DNA from: Clostridia bacterium | GTDB lineage: Bacteria; Bacillota; Clostridia; Christensenellales; CAG-138 | Direction: 5' to 3' | DNA: 64,000 nucleotides | NCBI GenBank assembly: GCA_017388175.1 | Contig: JAFOTD010000023.1 | Span: forward strand, 10,002 to 74,001 | In this document: in pieces, positions 30,774 to 40,615 of the stretch | How the letters are laid out: each line of letters opens with the position of its first letter | Numbering within the stretch: the first letter of the stretch is position 1 | The notes under the pieces: generated by a model | What the model saw: only the letters and a program-made list of their open reading frames with translations | What the model was told of the DNA's origin: nothing | The model's database searches: none | Program-made: the position numbers and the translations under genes

Positions 30774-33299
30774 TTACTGCCCCTGCCGTTCGTACCAGTA
30801 GGTCACGATTTTCTCAACCGCGAGCGCGCTGGAGCTGCCGGACAGCCCGTTCGGAATAAAGACGACGATCGCGATCTCCGGATCCTCGCGAGGGGTGATC
30901 GCCGCAAACCAGCTCGTATTTTCAATGTCGATATTGTTCGTCGCGGAGGTCTGCGCCGTTCCCGTTTTTCCGCTGATGCGTTCCAGATACCCGTCGCGCT
31001 TAAACCGCATCGAGAATACCGAGGAAGCCGTACCGCCGTCCTCCGGCGAAACGACGCCCTTCATGCCTTCTAAGATCGCGTCCCAGAAGAGGTCCGGCGC
31101 GTTGATGAAATCGACCGCGTCCGGCTCGTTTTTATAATACACCGTTCCGTCGCTTTGATCGACTTCCTTTAAAAGCGTCGCCCGGTACACCGTTCCGCGG
31201 TTTGCAACCGTCGAAACGTACCGCGCGATCGAGATCGGCGTCACGAGCATAACGCCCTGCCCGATGCCGGTCTGAATCGTGTAGGTCGGCTTCCAGCGCA
31301 GTTCCTCAAGCCACGTCGAGATCGAAACGATCCAGTTCGTATGCGAATAGGACACGCCGATCGGAATGTTCATTTCCTCCCGGAGAATCTGGCGGATTTC
31401 CGCGCCGCGCTCGCGCTGTTCGCCGTCCATCAGCCGCAAGAGCCGGTCCGCGCACGCTGCGAGCTGCTTGTCCGTAAGCCCCAGCTCCCGCTGATCATTG
31501 ATCGAGCGCAGCAGATTATAAATGCGGTTATAGATCAGCCGCGGCAGCGAGGACGTCTGTTCGGAAAGCGGTTTTTCACAGTCGTAGCGCGCCTTCTGTC
31601 CGCCGATCTGCACCGAGAGCTCTCCGGGCAGTTCCACGCCCGTCGTGCCCGTCAGACCGAGCCTGCCCGCCCAGTAGTTGAGTCGCTCGATGCCGACGCG
31701 GTCGGCGACCGTGTAGAAGAAATAGTTGCACGAAACGGTCAGCGCGCGCGAAAGCGTCAGATTGGAATGGCTTCCGGGGGAGCTCGTCCAGCAGCTCGGC
31801 GCGTTCTGCTCGACCTTCACGGTCGGATCGTCGACAAAATAGTAGTACGGCGAACGGTCGGAAATCCGCTCCGTCGTGGTGAGCTTGTTCTCCATCAGCC
31901 CCGCAAAGCCTGTCGCCATCTTGAACACGGAACCGGACGCGGTGCGGATGCCGATCGCGCGGTTGAGCGTCGGCTGGTTGGTTCCGGCGCCGAACAGCGC
32001 CTCGAATTCGCTTTCGTCCAGACCGTCGGTAAACACGTTCGGGTCGTAATCGGGATAGGACGCCATCGCAAGGATCTCGCCGGTTTTCACGTTCATGACG
32101 ATGATCGCGCCGGTCTCGGCCGTTTTGATGCTTTCCACGTTGCCGTTGGTCAGCTTGCTGTATTTGCTGTAATTTGAGCGGATGCGCTGCTCCTGCTTTT
32201 CACGGGTTGCGGCAATGTTTTCGATCAGCGCCTGCTCGACCACCTTCTGCAGCTCGATGTCGATGGTAAGCTGCACGTTCATGCCGTCGGTCGGCTGTGT
32301 GGAATCGAGCACTTCAACGATCGCGCCGCGCCGGTTTCTCAGGATGCGCGTCGTGCCGAGACGTCCCAGAAGATGCGGCGTCAGGTACGGCTCCAGCGAC
32401 TTCTCCACACCCGCAACGCCCACAAGATCGTTGTACGAATAACCGAGGTCGAGCATGTTGTTCGTCTCTTTGCCTTTCGTATCGAACTCGGCAAAGTCCG
32501 CATACGAATACCCGATGCCGGTCATATCCCTCGTCACCTGTTTCGAAAGGTATCCGATGATGTGCGACGCGGTATGCCCGTACGGGTACACGCGATAGCT
32601 GCTCTTTTCGCTCATGATGCCGACAAGCCGGTCGCTCGCCATATCGAGCTCGGTCACAACCGCAAGCGAAACGTCATACGCGATGCGCACGCCCTCGAAC
32701 GCGCGATAGCTGTTCATAACGGCTTCCTGACGGATCGACATGATCTTTTTCGCCTCGTCGAACGGCATGTCGTCCGGGATGCACCACGAAGCGCGCAGGA
32801 TGCGGTATGCCTCCTCCGCGGTAAGGTCTTTATTGCTGAAGTTGCACGCGTCGACAAAGTTCCGCTTGCGCGCGGCGGCTACGGACTCGCTCGTCGTACG
32901 GAAATCGTACTCGAACGTGCCGTCGGACAGCATGTTGATATAAAACGTGTCGATCGTTTCCCCGCCGCCTTCCTCGATGATGCGGATCGCCTCCATCAGC
33001 GAGTGCGTGTAGCGCGCGCTGTCGACGGGCGTGCGGTTGTTCGGATCACGGTAAAAGAGCACGTTATAGGTCGTTTCGTCGTAGGCGAGCACCACGCCGT
33101 TGCGATCGGTGATCGTGCCGCGGCTGCCGGACTGATAGGTATTGACCTCCGTCGTCTGCTGCACCGCCGCCGAGTACGCTTCGGTTTCGCGAATGGTCAG
33201 CTTGTCCAGAAAGAGCAGCAAAACGCCGAACATCGCGAGAAGGATCGCGATGAGCATCCAGATGCGCGTATTCAGTTTTCCCTTTTCACCGCGTTTCAT
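30774..33299 (-). CDS. mrdA: Penicillin-binding protein 2 (elongation transpeptidase)
   Basis: 841 aa; SxxK (GSVFKM) and KTG (SGKTGTAQ) motifs; lies directly downstream of mreC-mreD with overlapping stop/start. Confidence 0.85.
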   Translation of the reverse strand: MKRGEKGKLNTRIWMLIAILLAMFGVLLLFLDKLTIRETEAYSAAVQQTTEVNTYQSGSRGTITDRNGVVLAYDETTYNVLFYRDPNNRTPVDSARYTHSLMEAIRIIEEGGGETIDTFYINMLSDGTFEYDFRTTSESVAAARKRNFVDACNFSNKDLTAEEAYRILRASWCIPDDMPFDEAKKIMSIRQEAVMNSYRAFEGVRIAYDVSLAVVTELDMASDRLVGIMSEKSSYRVYPYGHTASHIIGYLSKQVTRDMTGIGYSYADFAEFDTKGKETNNMLDLGYSYNDLVGVAGVEKSLEPYLTPHLLGRLGTTRILRNRRGAIVEVLDSTQPTDGMNVQLTIDIELQKVVEQALIENIAATREKQEQRIRSNYSKYSKLTNGNVESIKTAETGAIIVMNVKTGEILAMASYPDYDPNVFTDGLDESEFEALFGAGTNQPTLNRAIGIRTASGSVFKMATGFAGLMENKLTTTERISDRSPYYYFVDDPTVKVEQNAPSCWTSSPGSHSNLTLSRALTVSCNYFFYTVADRVGIERLNYWAGRLGLTGTTGVELPGELSVQIGGQKARYDCEKPLSEQTSSLPRLIYNRIYNLLRSINDQRELGLTDKQLAACADRLLRLMDGEQRERGAEIRQILREEMNIPIGVSYSHTNWIVSISTWLEELRWKPTYTIQTGIGQGVMLVTPISIARYVSTVANRGTVYRATLLKEVDQSDGTVYYKNEPDAVDFINAPDLFWDAILEGMKGVVSPEDGGTASSVFSMRFKRDGYLERISGKTGTAQTSATNNIDIENTSWFAAITPREDPEIAIVVFIPNGLSGSSSALAVEKIVTYWYERQGQ

Positions 33300-33790
33300 C
33301 TGACGAAAGCGTTGCCTTTCTCCTTTATGCGGGACCGGAACAGCGCGGAAAGCGGAAGCACAAGCAGCGCTTCCAGAACGATCGACGGCAGCGTCGTCCT
33401 CAAAAGCTTCAGAGGATCAAACACGGCGCCGATCACGACGGAGAACCCGAAAATCAGCGTTTCCGCAGCGATTGCGCCGACTGCAGCAAACAGCGGGAAC
33501 AGCCAAAGCTTTTTGCCGCTCTTTCGGACGAACCCGTGCATCACCGTGACTGCGGCGAGATACGCCGCGGCGGACAGCCCGAGATACGGATTGCAGAACA
33601 GATCGGAAAGAAGCCCTCCGAAAAACGCGATCAGCATGCCGTCCTGCACCTTCGTAACGCCCGTCGCCGCAAGCGCAAGGCTCAGCGTAAACAGCGGACG
33701 AATGCCGTTGACCGAAAGCCCCGTAAACACGAAGCAGTCCAAAAACACGGTGAGCGCCGCAGCCGGAATCAGCCATAACCGCCGTTTCAT
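33296..33790 (-). CDS. mreD: Rod shape-determining protein MreD
   Basis: 164-aa polytopic membrane protein between mreC and PBP2; overlapping start and stop codons. Confidence 0.8.
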   Translation of the reverse strand: MKRRLWLIPAAALTVFLDCFVFTGLSVNGIRPLFTLSLALAATGVTKVQDGMLIAFFGGLLSDLFCNPYLGLSAAAYLAAVTVMHGFVRKSGKKLWLFPLFAAVGAIAAETLIFGFSVVIGAVFDPLKLLRTTLPSIVLEALLVLPLSALFRSRIKEKGNAFVR

Positions 33791-34626
33791 CGGACCGCCT
33801 CATCCACGCCGACGACGATCAGCGCGTTTTCGAGATGCGCAAAGTCGACGTCCATCGAAACGATCGCGTCGTGCGTGCCCCTGCCTTCGGTATTGACCGC
33901 GATGACCGTTCCGACATATAAGCCTTTCGGGAAAAACCCGCCGATGCCGCTCGTTCGGATCGTATCGCCCACGCGCAGATCCGCATTGCCCGACAGAAAA
34001 TAGAGCATGGTTCCGACGACCGCGCCGTCAACCTCATACAGCCCGCCGAGCATGCCCTCGTCGCGCGTACGCTGCACGATCACGCTGACGCGCAGCTTTT
34101 CGTCGCACATCGTCTTCACGCGGCACCAGTTCGGCCCGACCTCGGATACGCGCCCCACCATGCCGTCCGGCGTAATGACCGCCATCTTTTCGGTCACGCC
34201 GCTGCGCGAGCCCGCGTTTAAGGTGATCACGTCAATATACGGATTGCTGTCGCGCCCGATGACCGAAGCGGTCACGAAACGCATGTTCGGGTTTTCCTCC
34301 GCGAAATTCAGAAGCTCGGAAAGCCTCGCGTTCTCCTTCTCGGTCTCGTCAAGCAGCGCAAGCCGCTGCTCCTGTTCAAGAATCGTTTCCTTCAGGCGGG
34401 CGTTTTCCTCCTGTATCTCGGACGGGGCAAACACGCGCGTAAAGAACGCGCCCACGTCCCGTTCCAGCGTGTGCAGAAACTCCGCAACCGGCGCAGCGGC
34501 ATTGCGAAACAGACCGTCCCCCGGCCATCCGCTCCGGCCGTTCGCCGTAAACGCCGCGAGAACGATCAGAAGGATGATCGCAATCAGCGCGATCCACATC
34601 GGTCTGTTCTTCCAAAGCTTCCGCAT
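33787..34626 (-). CDS. mreC: Rod shape-determining protein MreC
   Basis: 279 aa; N-terminal TM, a coiled-coil (EENARLKETILEQEQRLALLDETEKENARLSELL), then a beta-barrel domain. Confidence 0.85.
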   Translation of the reverse strand: MRKLWKNRPMWIALIAIILLIVLAAFTANGRSGWPGDGLFRNAAAPVAEFLHTLERDVGAFFTRVFAPSEIQEENARLKETILEQEQRLALLDETEKENARLSELLNFAEENPNMRFVTASVIGRDSNPYIDVITLNAGSRSGVTEKMAVITPDGMVGRVSEVGPNWCRVKTMCDEKLRVSVIVQRTRDEGMLGGLYEVDGAVVGTMLYFLSGNADLRVGDTIRTSGIGGFFPKGLYVGTVIAVNTEGRGTHDAIVSMDVDFAHLENALIVVGVDEAVR

Positions 34627-34976
34627 GTTTGCCTCCGATATACCTCTACATGATACAGTATATCACAATATCCGCAAACGGAAGGTGAACAATCGGTTAA
34701 CTATTGCCGCGCAAGCAGAAACCCCGCCGCGAGCAGCGAAACGATCCCGGCGATCAGAAACACCCACCACGGCACGCAGTAGAATACCAGCGCCGTCACT
34801 GCCGCGCCGACCGCGCAAAGAAGCAGCCGCTTCGCCTTTCGTTTTCGTTCGCAGATTCCGCGCATACGCCTTCCCTCCTTTTTTTCTTATCATACGCCGC
34901 GCTTTCTCAAACTGTGACGGAACGTCCCGAAAAAAAACGGAATACGATGGAATAAGTACACATAAGGAGATCGGGT

Positions 34977-35723
34977 ATGCAATCCGAATTACTGACGTTT
35001 TCCGACGTTTCGCTTTCCTATTACACGGTCGAGGGCGAAACGACTGCCATACAAAACCTGAATATGACCGTGAACGACGGCGAATTCCTTGCGATCGTCG
35101 GGCCCTCCGGCTGCGGCAAAACGACCGTTCTTTCGCTGATTATGGGACTTCTGAAACCTTCAAAGGGCAGCATCCGCTTTTCAGCGCCGGATCTGCGGCT
35201 CGGCTATATGCTCCAGCGCGATCATCTTTTAGACCACCGCACGGTGGAAAAGAACGTCCTTTTGGGGCTTGAGGTGCAGCACCGTCTGACCGAAGAAAGC
35301 CGTGCGCGCGCGATCGGGCTTCTCGACCGCTACGGGCTCGGGAGCTTTCGCACCTATAAGCCCGCGCAGCTTTCCGGCGGCATGCGGCAGAAGGTCGCGC
35401 TTATCCGCACGCTTGCGCTCGAACCGGACCTGCTTCTGTTAGACGAGCCGTTTTCCGCGCTCGATTATCAGACGCGCCTGAACCTTTCCGACGAGGTCTA
35501 TCGCATCATCCGCGGCGAGCACAAGAGCGCGATCCTCGTCACGCACGACATCTCCGAAGCGGTTTCGATGGCGGATCGCGTCGCCGTGTTTTCGGCGCGC
35601 CCCGCCAGACTGAAGGAGATGATCAATATCGGCTTTCCGGCCGTGCTTTCTCCGCTCGAACGGCGCAAGCAGCCGGATTTTCACGACTATTTCGACCGGA
35701 TCTGGAAGGAGCTGCAGCCATGA
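34977..35723 (+). CDS. ABC transporter ATP-binding protein (NitT/TauT-like importer type)
   Basis: Walker A GPSGCGKTT, signature LSGGMRQKVAL, Walker B LLLLDEPFSALD. Confidence 0.85.
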   Translation: MQSELLTFSDVSLSYYTVEGETTAIQNLNMTVNDGEFLAIVGPSGCGKTTVLSLIMGLLKPSKGSIRFSAPDLRLGYMLQRDHLLDHRTVEKNVLLGLEVQHRLTEESRARAIGLLDRYGLGSFRTYKPAQLSGGMRQKVALIRTLALEPDLLLLDEPFSALDYQTRLNLSDEVYRIIRGEHKSAILVTHDISEAVSMADRVAVFSARPARLKEMINIGFPAVLSPLERRKQPDFHDYFDRIWKELQP

Positions 35724-36517
35724 AAAGACAAGCCGTTTCCAATGCGCACGCAGCCTATCTTCGCCGCATCCGCCGCGACGCGCGCACCGTCCGGCTTTTA
35801 CGAATCGCCCTGCTTTTGGGCTTTCTGCTTCTGTGGGAGCTCGGCGCGGATCTTCGATGGTTCGACCCGTTCATTCTCTCCTCGCCCTCGCGCGCGTTCG
35901 GGACGATCGCGAGGCTGTACCGGGACGGCTCGCTGTGGCTGCATATCGGAACGACGCTCCTCGAGACCGTTCTCGGTTTTCTGCTCGGCACCGTGCTCGG
36001 CGCGCTCCTTGCGGTGCTGCTGTGGTGGATGCCGAGGCTGAACCGGATTTTAGACCCCTATCTCGTCGTTCTGAACGCGCTGCCGAAAATCGCGCTCGGA
36101 CCCGTTCTGATCGTATGGATCGGCGCCGGAATGGCCTCGATCGTGGTCATGGGCGTGCTCGTCTCGCTGATCGTTACGACCGTCACGGTTCTAAACGGCT
36201 TTCTTGCCGCAACCGACGAAAAACAGCTTCTGATGCGCACGCTCGGCGCAACGAAGCTGCAGACCTTCTGCAAGGTCGTTCTGCCCGGAGGCGTCCCCGA
36301 TCTGATCTCCGCGCTCAAAATCTCGGTCGGCATGAGCTGGGTCGGCGTCATCGTCGGGGAATATCTCGTCAGCAAGGCAGGCCTCGGGTATCTGATCGTC
36401 TACGGCGGGCAGGTCTTTAAGCTTGACCTCGTCATGGCGTCGGTCATCATCCTGTGCGTGCTCGCCGCGCTGATGTATTACGCGGTCGCCTTCCTTGAAA
36501 AAAAGGTTCGGCGCTGA
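35720..36517 (+). CDS. ABC transporter permease (NitT/TauT-like)
   Basis: 265 aa, 6 TM, binding-protein-dependent transport inner-membrane type; start overlaps the ATPase stop. Confidence 0.8.
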   Translation: MKRQAVSNAHAAYLRRIRRDARTVRLLRIALLLGFLLLWELGADLRWFDPFILSSPSRAFGTIARLYRDGSLWLHIGTTLLETVLGFLLGTVLGALLAVLLWWMPRLNRILDPYLVVLNALPKIALGPVLIVWIGAGMASIVVMGVLVSLIVTTVTVLNGFLAATDEKQLLMRTLGATKLQTFCKVVLPGGVPDLISALKISVGMSWVGVIVGEYLVSKAGLGYLIVYGGQVFKLDLVMASVIILCVLAALMYYAVAFLEKKVRR

Positions 36518-36532
36518 AACCGGATACAAAAA

Positions 36533-36555
36533 GGACCGCGGGCTTTCCGCGGTCC
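36533..36555. terminator. Hairpin between convergent genes
   Basis: GGACCGCGG-gctttc-CGCGGTCC between the ABC permease stop and the PIG-L stop. Confidence 0.5.
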
Positions 36556-36566
36556 CGAAAAGATCG

Positions 36567-38015
36567 TTACCCTGCGTTCCTGCGCTTTCTCCAGAAATAC
36601 GCGGCCGTTCCGCCGATCGCGGCGGCGGCGACCGTCCCGACGGCGATCCAGATCAGCGGCCGGAACTTCGACGGCGCGGGTGCGGACGCGTCCGGTTTCG
36701 GCGCTGCCGAAGCTTCCGGGGTCCTCGCGTCCGTTTCCGGAGGCGCTTCGGTCGGCTCGGGGGTCGGCTCGGGGGTCGGATCGGGCGTCGGTTCCGGCGT
36801 CGGTTCCGGCGTCGGTTCCGGCGTAGGAGGCGGCGGAACGTAATCGGACAGCAGCGACGGCTCGACGTGATCGAACACGTCTTCGCCGGCCGGCACGACG
36901 CCTTCCGCCATGCCGAAGCGATTGAACGCATAATCCTTATCGTCCCGTTTCACGGCAAAGCTGTACGCCTGCTGGGATTCGTGCTTCTTATACGCCGCGC
37001 GGGCAACCTGATACGCGTCCAGCCCGCCGAAAAACGACAGCCCGGCATGCGCGTCGATCATCAGCGTATTTTCCGGGTACAGATGCAGATAGAGCTTCTG
37101 CACCTGCCACGTGCCGTACGCTTCGGCGGATTCCGGATCGTAAGCCGGGTCGGCGGCGAGCGCAAACGCCTCACGCGCCGCCTTCGACGTCAGCTTGTGC
37201 TGCCAGTGTCCGTATTCGCCGTTTTCGTCCTGCGCGAACACGACCGCCGGACGGAGGCTGCGGTATGCGCGGACGGTCATTTCGAGAAGCTCCTCATAGC
37301 GGAACCTGTTCTTCTCCTCCTTCGGCGCGTCCTGCCGCACGTCGGGCAATCCGAAGAACACCGGCCGATACCGAAGTCCCATCGCCCACGCGCCGTTTTC
37401 CGCCTCGCTCATACGGGCGCGGTAGTCGCACGTGACGTATATGATCGTGCCGATATACCCCTGTTCGGCGCCGTAGGTCGGCACGACGCTGCCGAGAAAC
37501 AGCACGTCGTCGTCCGGATGCGTGGAGATCAGTAGGTAATCGAGGTGATCCGGCGTCTCCTGCCATTCGTGAAACGGATCGGGAAGCTCGCCCGGTCCGT
37601 ACACGGCGCAGAACTGCGTCCGCATTCCTGCCTCGCCTGCCTGCACCACAGCCTTGCGCGATTCGGGCAGCAGCGGCGTGATCGTTTCGGGATACGGCAA
37701 AAGCGTGTCGCTTCTTACAAGCGTGCCAAGGGCGTCGTACTGCAGCACGGAAACGCCCTCCGGCATCTCATACCATTGCAGGCACAGCCGCGCGTCGGAA
37801 AACGCTTCCTCCCATGTCAGCGAGAACGAAGCGTTTGCATCGAACTTCTGATGATATTTGTTTTTGTGCAGCACCCGGTAGTTTGCGTCCGGGTAGGAAC
37901 CGAAATCAAACGTGCACGCCTTACTGAGATCGGCCGCCTCTTCCGTTTCCGCCTTCGCGTCGGCGCCGAACGGCAGCAGCAGACAAACGAGCAATGCGAT
38001 CAGCCATCGTTTCAT
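36567..38015 (-). CDS. Secreted PIG-L/LmbE-family deacetylase with P/T linker and C-terminal TM anchor
   Basis: Signal peptide MKRWLIALLVCLLLPFGADA (SD AGGAG before ATG 38013-38015). PIG-L motif LLISTHPDDDVLFLG. PTPEPTPEPTPEPTPDPTPEPTPEPT linker. C-terminal TM LIWIAVGTVAAAAIGGTAAYFW followed by RKRR. Confidence 0.75.
   Translation of the reverse strand: MKRWLIALLVCLLLPFGADAKAETEEAADLSKACTFDFGSYPDANYRVLHKNKYHQKFDANASFSLTWEEAFSDARLCLQWYEMPEGVSVLQYDALGTLVRSDTLLPYPETITPLLPESRKAVVQAGEAGMRTQFCAVYGPGELPDPFHEWQETPDHLDYLLISTHPDDDVLFLGSVVPTYGAEQGYIGTIIYVTCDYRARMSEAENGAWAMGLRYRPVFFGLPDVRQDAPKEEKNRFRYEELLEMTVRAYRSLRPAVVFAQDENGEYGHWQHKLTSKAAREAFALAADPAYDPESAEAYGTWQVQKLYLHLYPENTLMIDAHAGLSFFGGLDAYQVARAAYKKHESQQAYSFAVKRDDKDYAFNRFGMAEGVVPAGEDVFDHVEPSLLSDYVPPPPTPEPTPEPTPEPTPDPTPEPTPEPTEAPPETDARTPEASAAPKPDASAPAPSKFRPLIWIAVGTVAAAAIGGTAAYFWRKRRNAG
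36751..36822. repeat. Six tandem 12-bp units (GTCGG[C/T/A]TC[G/C]GG[G/C]) encoding the (P-[TED])n linker
   Basis: Read directly: gtcggctcgggg x2, gtcggatcgggc, gtcggttccggc x3, inside the PIG-L gene. Confidence 0.85.
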
Positions 38016-38037
38016 TGCAATCTCCTTTGAAAGGATC

Positions 38038-40602
38038 TTATTTCTTTTTGGCATAGGGCGTATCGGAAAGCGGAAGTTTCGTACGGAAAACGCCGTCCCG
38101 GTTATAATACGCGTTCTGCACGGCCGGCGCGGTCGGGATCGTGCAGATCTCGCCGATGCCCTTCGCGCCGCAGGCAAGCCCGTCCTTTTTCGCCTTCTCG
38201 ACGAGGACGGAAACGACCTCCGGCGTTTTGTCGGAGCGAAACAGCCCCAGCGTGCCGTACTTTGCGGCGGGTCTGCCGTCTTTTAAGGGGAAATCCTCGG
38301 TAAGCGCGTAGCCGAGGCCCATCACCACGCCGCCTTCGATCTGCCCCTCGGCCGCGCGCGGATTGACCGCTACGCCGAGATCGTGGATCGCGGTCACGCG
38401 CTTTAAGGTGCCGTCGTCGTTCAGCTCGACGACGTGCGTCGCGTAGCCGTAGGCGATGTGCGAGACGGGATTGGGCTTATCGCTGCCGAGCTTATCGGTG
38501 ATTCCCGTGTATTCGCCGACAAACGAGCGTCCTTCGAGCGCCTCCCACGAGCCCTCCTTTTCAAGCGCTTCTTTGATCTGCTTCGCGGCGCGCACCGTCG
38601 CCTCTCCGGTGAAAAGCGTCTGGCGCGATGCGGTCGTATTGCCCGCGTCCGGCGCAAGCGCGGTATCGGGCGCGCAGTAATGCACGCGCGTATGCGGGAC
38701 GTTCAGAATCTCGCAGACCATCTGCGTCTGCACGGTGCCCATGCCCTGCCCGATGCACGCGGCGGACGAATGCAGATACACGTCTCCGCCTTTGACCTCG
38801 ATGCGGCAGCGTCCGGTATCGGGAATACCGACGCCGAGGCCCGCGTTTTTCATGGCGCAGGCGATGCCGGCCTTCGGGTCGCGCTCGAGGATCGGCCTTG
38901 CGGCGTCGAGTGTTTCGACGAGCGCGGTCGTTTCGTCGGCGATCTGTCCGTTCGGAAGCACCTGCCCCGGCCGGATCGCGTTGCGGTAGCGGATCTCGAA
39001 CGCGGAAATGCCGACCAAAGCCGCAAGCTCGTTCAGATTGCACTCGGTGGCAAAGCAGCTCTGCGTCACGCCGAACCCGCGAAACGCGCCGGCCGGCGGA
39101 TTGTTCGTATAGATCGCTTTGCCGTCGATGTCGATGTTCTGATAGTTATAGGGGCCGGCCGCGTGCGTACAGGCGCGCTGCAGCACCGGTCCGCCGAGCG
39201 AGGCGTACGCGCCCGTATCGGAAACCAGCGTCGCCTTCATGCCGGTCAGATATCCGTTCTCGTCGCAGGCGGTCGTAAACTCCATCTCCATCGCGTGGCG
39301 CTTCGGGTGCACGAGAAGGCTCTCCGCGCGCGTAAACGCGACCTTGACGGGACAGCCCGTGTGCCAGGCTAAAAGCGCCGCGTGATGCTGTACGCTCATA
39401 TCCTCCTTGCCGCCGAAGCCGCCGCCGACCATCATGGCGGTCACGCGGACCTTTTCCTGCGGGAGCCCCAGCATCTGCGCGCATTCCTTACGCGTCTGAT
39501 AAACGCCCTGATCGCCGGAATAGATACGCATACCGTCGCCCTCGCGCACGGCCACGGCGCATTCGGGCTCCAGAAAAGCGTGATCCGTCGGCGGCGTGCT
39601 GTAACGATGCGTCACGACGTACTTGCTGTTTTTGATCGCCTCGTCGGCGTTGCCGCGCACGAGATGCTCGTGCGAGAGCACGTTCGTGCCGTTGGACGCG
39701 TGCACGAGGATCGCGTCCTTCAGCCCGTCCATCATGTCGAGTACGGGCTCCAAAGGTTCATATTCAACCCGCACCAGCTCCGCTGCGGCGCGCGCCTGCG
39801 CGTCCGTTTCGGCGGCGACCAGCGCGATCGCGTCGCCCAAAAAATGCGTGATCTTCCCTTCCGGGATCATCACGTCGTAGTCCTGTTTCAAATGTCCGAT
39901 CTTCTGTGTGCCGGGGATATCCTTCGCGGTGAGCACGCACACGACGCCCGGCGCTTTTTCCGCTTCCGCCGTGTCGATTTTCAGCACCCTTGCGCGCGGA
40001 TAGTCGCTGCGCTTCGCCGTGCCGAAAAGCATGCCCGGAAGGTACAGATCGTCCGCGTACAACGCTGTGCCGAGCGCCTTAGCCGGCGCGTCGACGCGGT
40101 CGAGGTTTTCGCCGACGATCCCGATCAATTCGCGGCGCGGGACCTCCGCGCCTTCGCGAAAGACCTTTGCCGCGAGCAGAATCGCTTCCTCGATCTTTTT
40201 ATAGCCGGTGCAGCGGCAGATATTCATGCGGATCGCGTCCTTCACCTGCCGCGGCGCCGGATCCGGCTCGCGATCTAAAAGCGCCTTTGCCGCCATCACC
40301 ATGCCGGGCGTACAGAACCCGCACTGCACCGCGCCCGCTTCGGTGAACGCGTATGCGTAGACCTCGCGCTCGCGCGGGGTCAGCCCTTCGCAGGTGAGGA
40401 TGCTCTTTCCCTCCATGCGGTCAGTCTGCGCAACGCAGGCTTTTGTCGCCTTTCCGTCGATCAGCACGGTGCAGGTGCCGCACGCGCCTTCCGAGCAGCC
40501 GTTTTTGACGCTCGTAAGGTGCAGATCGTCCCGCAAAAAGCGGATCAGTTTTTTGTTTTCGGGGCAGGTGACAGCCTGTCCGTTCACCGTGAAGCTTGCC
40601 AT
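38038..40602 (-). CDS. Molybdopterin-dependent hydroxylase, XdhD-like fusion (2Fe-2S domains plus Mo-binding subunit)
   Basis: N-terminal ferredoxin motifs CSEGACGTCTV and CGFCTPGM...CRCTGY, then ~700 aa of aldehyde oxidase/xanthine dehydrogenase molybdopterin-binding domains. Lies directly downstream of ygfK. Confidence 0.85.
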   Translation of the reverse strand: MASFTVNGQAVTCPENKKLIRFLRDDLHLTSVKNGCSEGACGTCTVLIDGKATKACVAQTDRMEGKSILTCEGLTPREREVYAYAFTEAGAVQCGFCTPGMVMAAKALLDREPDPAPRQVKDAIRMNICRCTGYKKIEEAILLAAKVFREGAEVPRRELIGIVGENLDRVDAPAKALGTALYADDLYLPGMLFGTAKRSDYPRARVLKIDTAEAEKAPGVVCVLTAKDIPGTQKIGHLKQDYDVMIPEGKITHFLGDAIALVAAETDAQARAAAELVRVEYEPLEPVLDMMDGLKDAILVHASNGTNVLSHEHLVRGNADEAIKNSKYVVTHRYSTPPTDHAFLEPECAVAVREGDGMRIYSGDQGVYQTRKECAQMLGLPQEKVRVTAMMVGGGFGGKEDMSVQHHAALLAWHTGCPVKVAFTRAESLLVHPKRHAMEMEFTTACDENGYLTGMKATLVSDTGAYASLGGPVLQRACTHAAGPYNYQNIDIDGKAIYTNNPPAGAFRGFGVTQSCFATECNLNELAALVGISAFEIRYRNAIRPGQVLPNGQIADETTALVETLDAARPILERDPKAGIACAMKNAGLGVGIPDTGRCRIEVKGGDVYLHSSAACIGQGMGTVQTQMVCEILNVPHTRVHYCAPDTALAPDAGNTTASRQTLFTGEATVRAAKQIKEALEKEGSWEALEGRSFVGEYTGITDKLGSDKPNPVSHIAYGYATHVVELNDDGTLKRVTAIHDLGVAVNPRAAEGQIEGGVVMGLGYALTEDFPLKDGRPAAKYGTLGLFRSDKTPEVVSVLVEKAKKDGLACGAKGIGEICTIPTAPAVQNAYYNRDGVFRTKLPLSDTPYAKKK

Positions 40603-40615
40603 AAGCCTCCTTTAT

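Noticed and set aside
34663-34893. Possible small membrane protein in the mreC-upstream spacer (hydrophobic frame ...LLLCAVGAAVTALVFYCVPWWVFLIAGIVSLLAAGFLLARQ-stop ending at 34701), and the 76-aa and 83-aa track ORFs there
   Set aside because: The hydrophobic frame has no ATG, GTG or TTG start with an SD upstream of the TM segments; the ATG with an SD is in a different, Arg-rich frame. The listed ORFs are low-complexity. Left unannotated.
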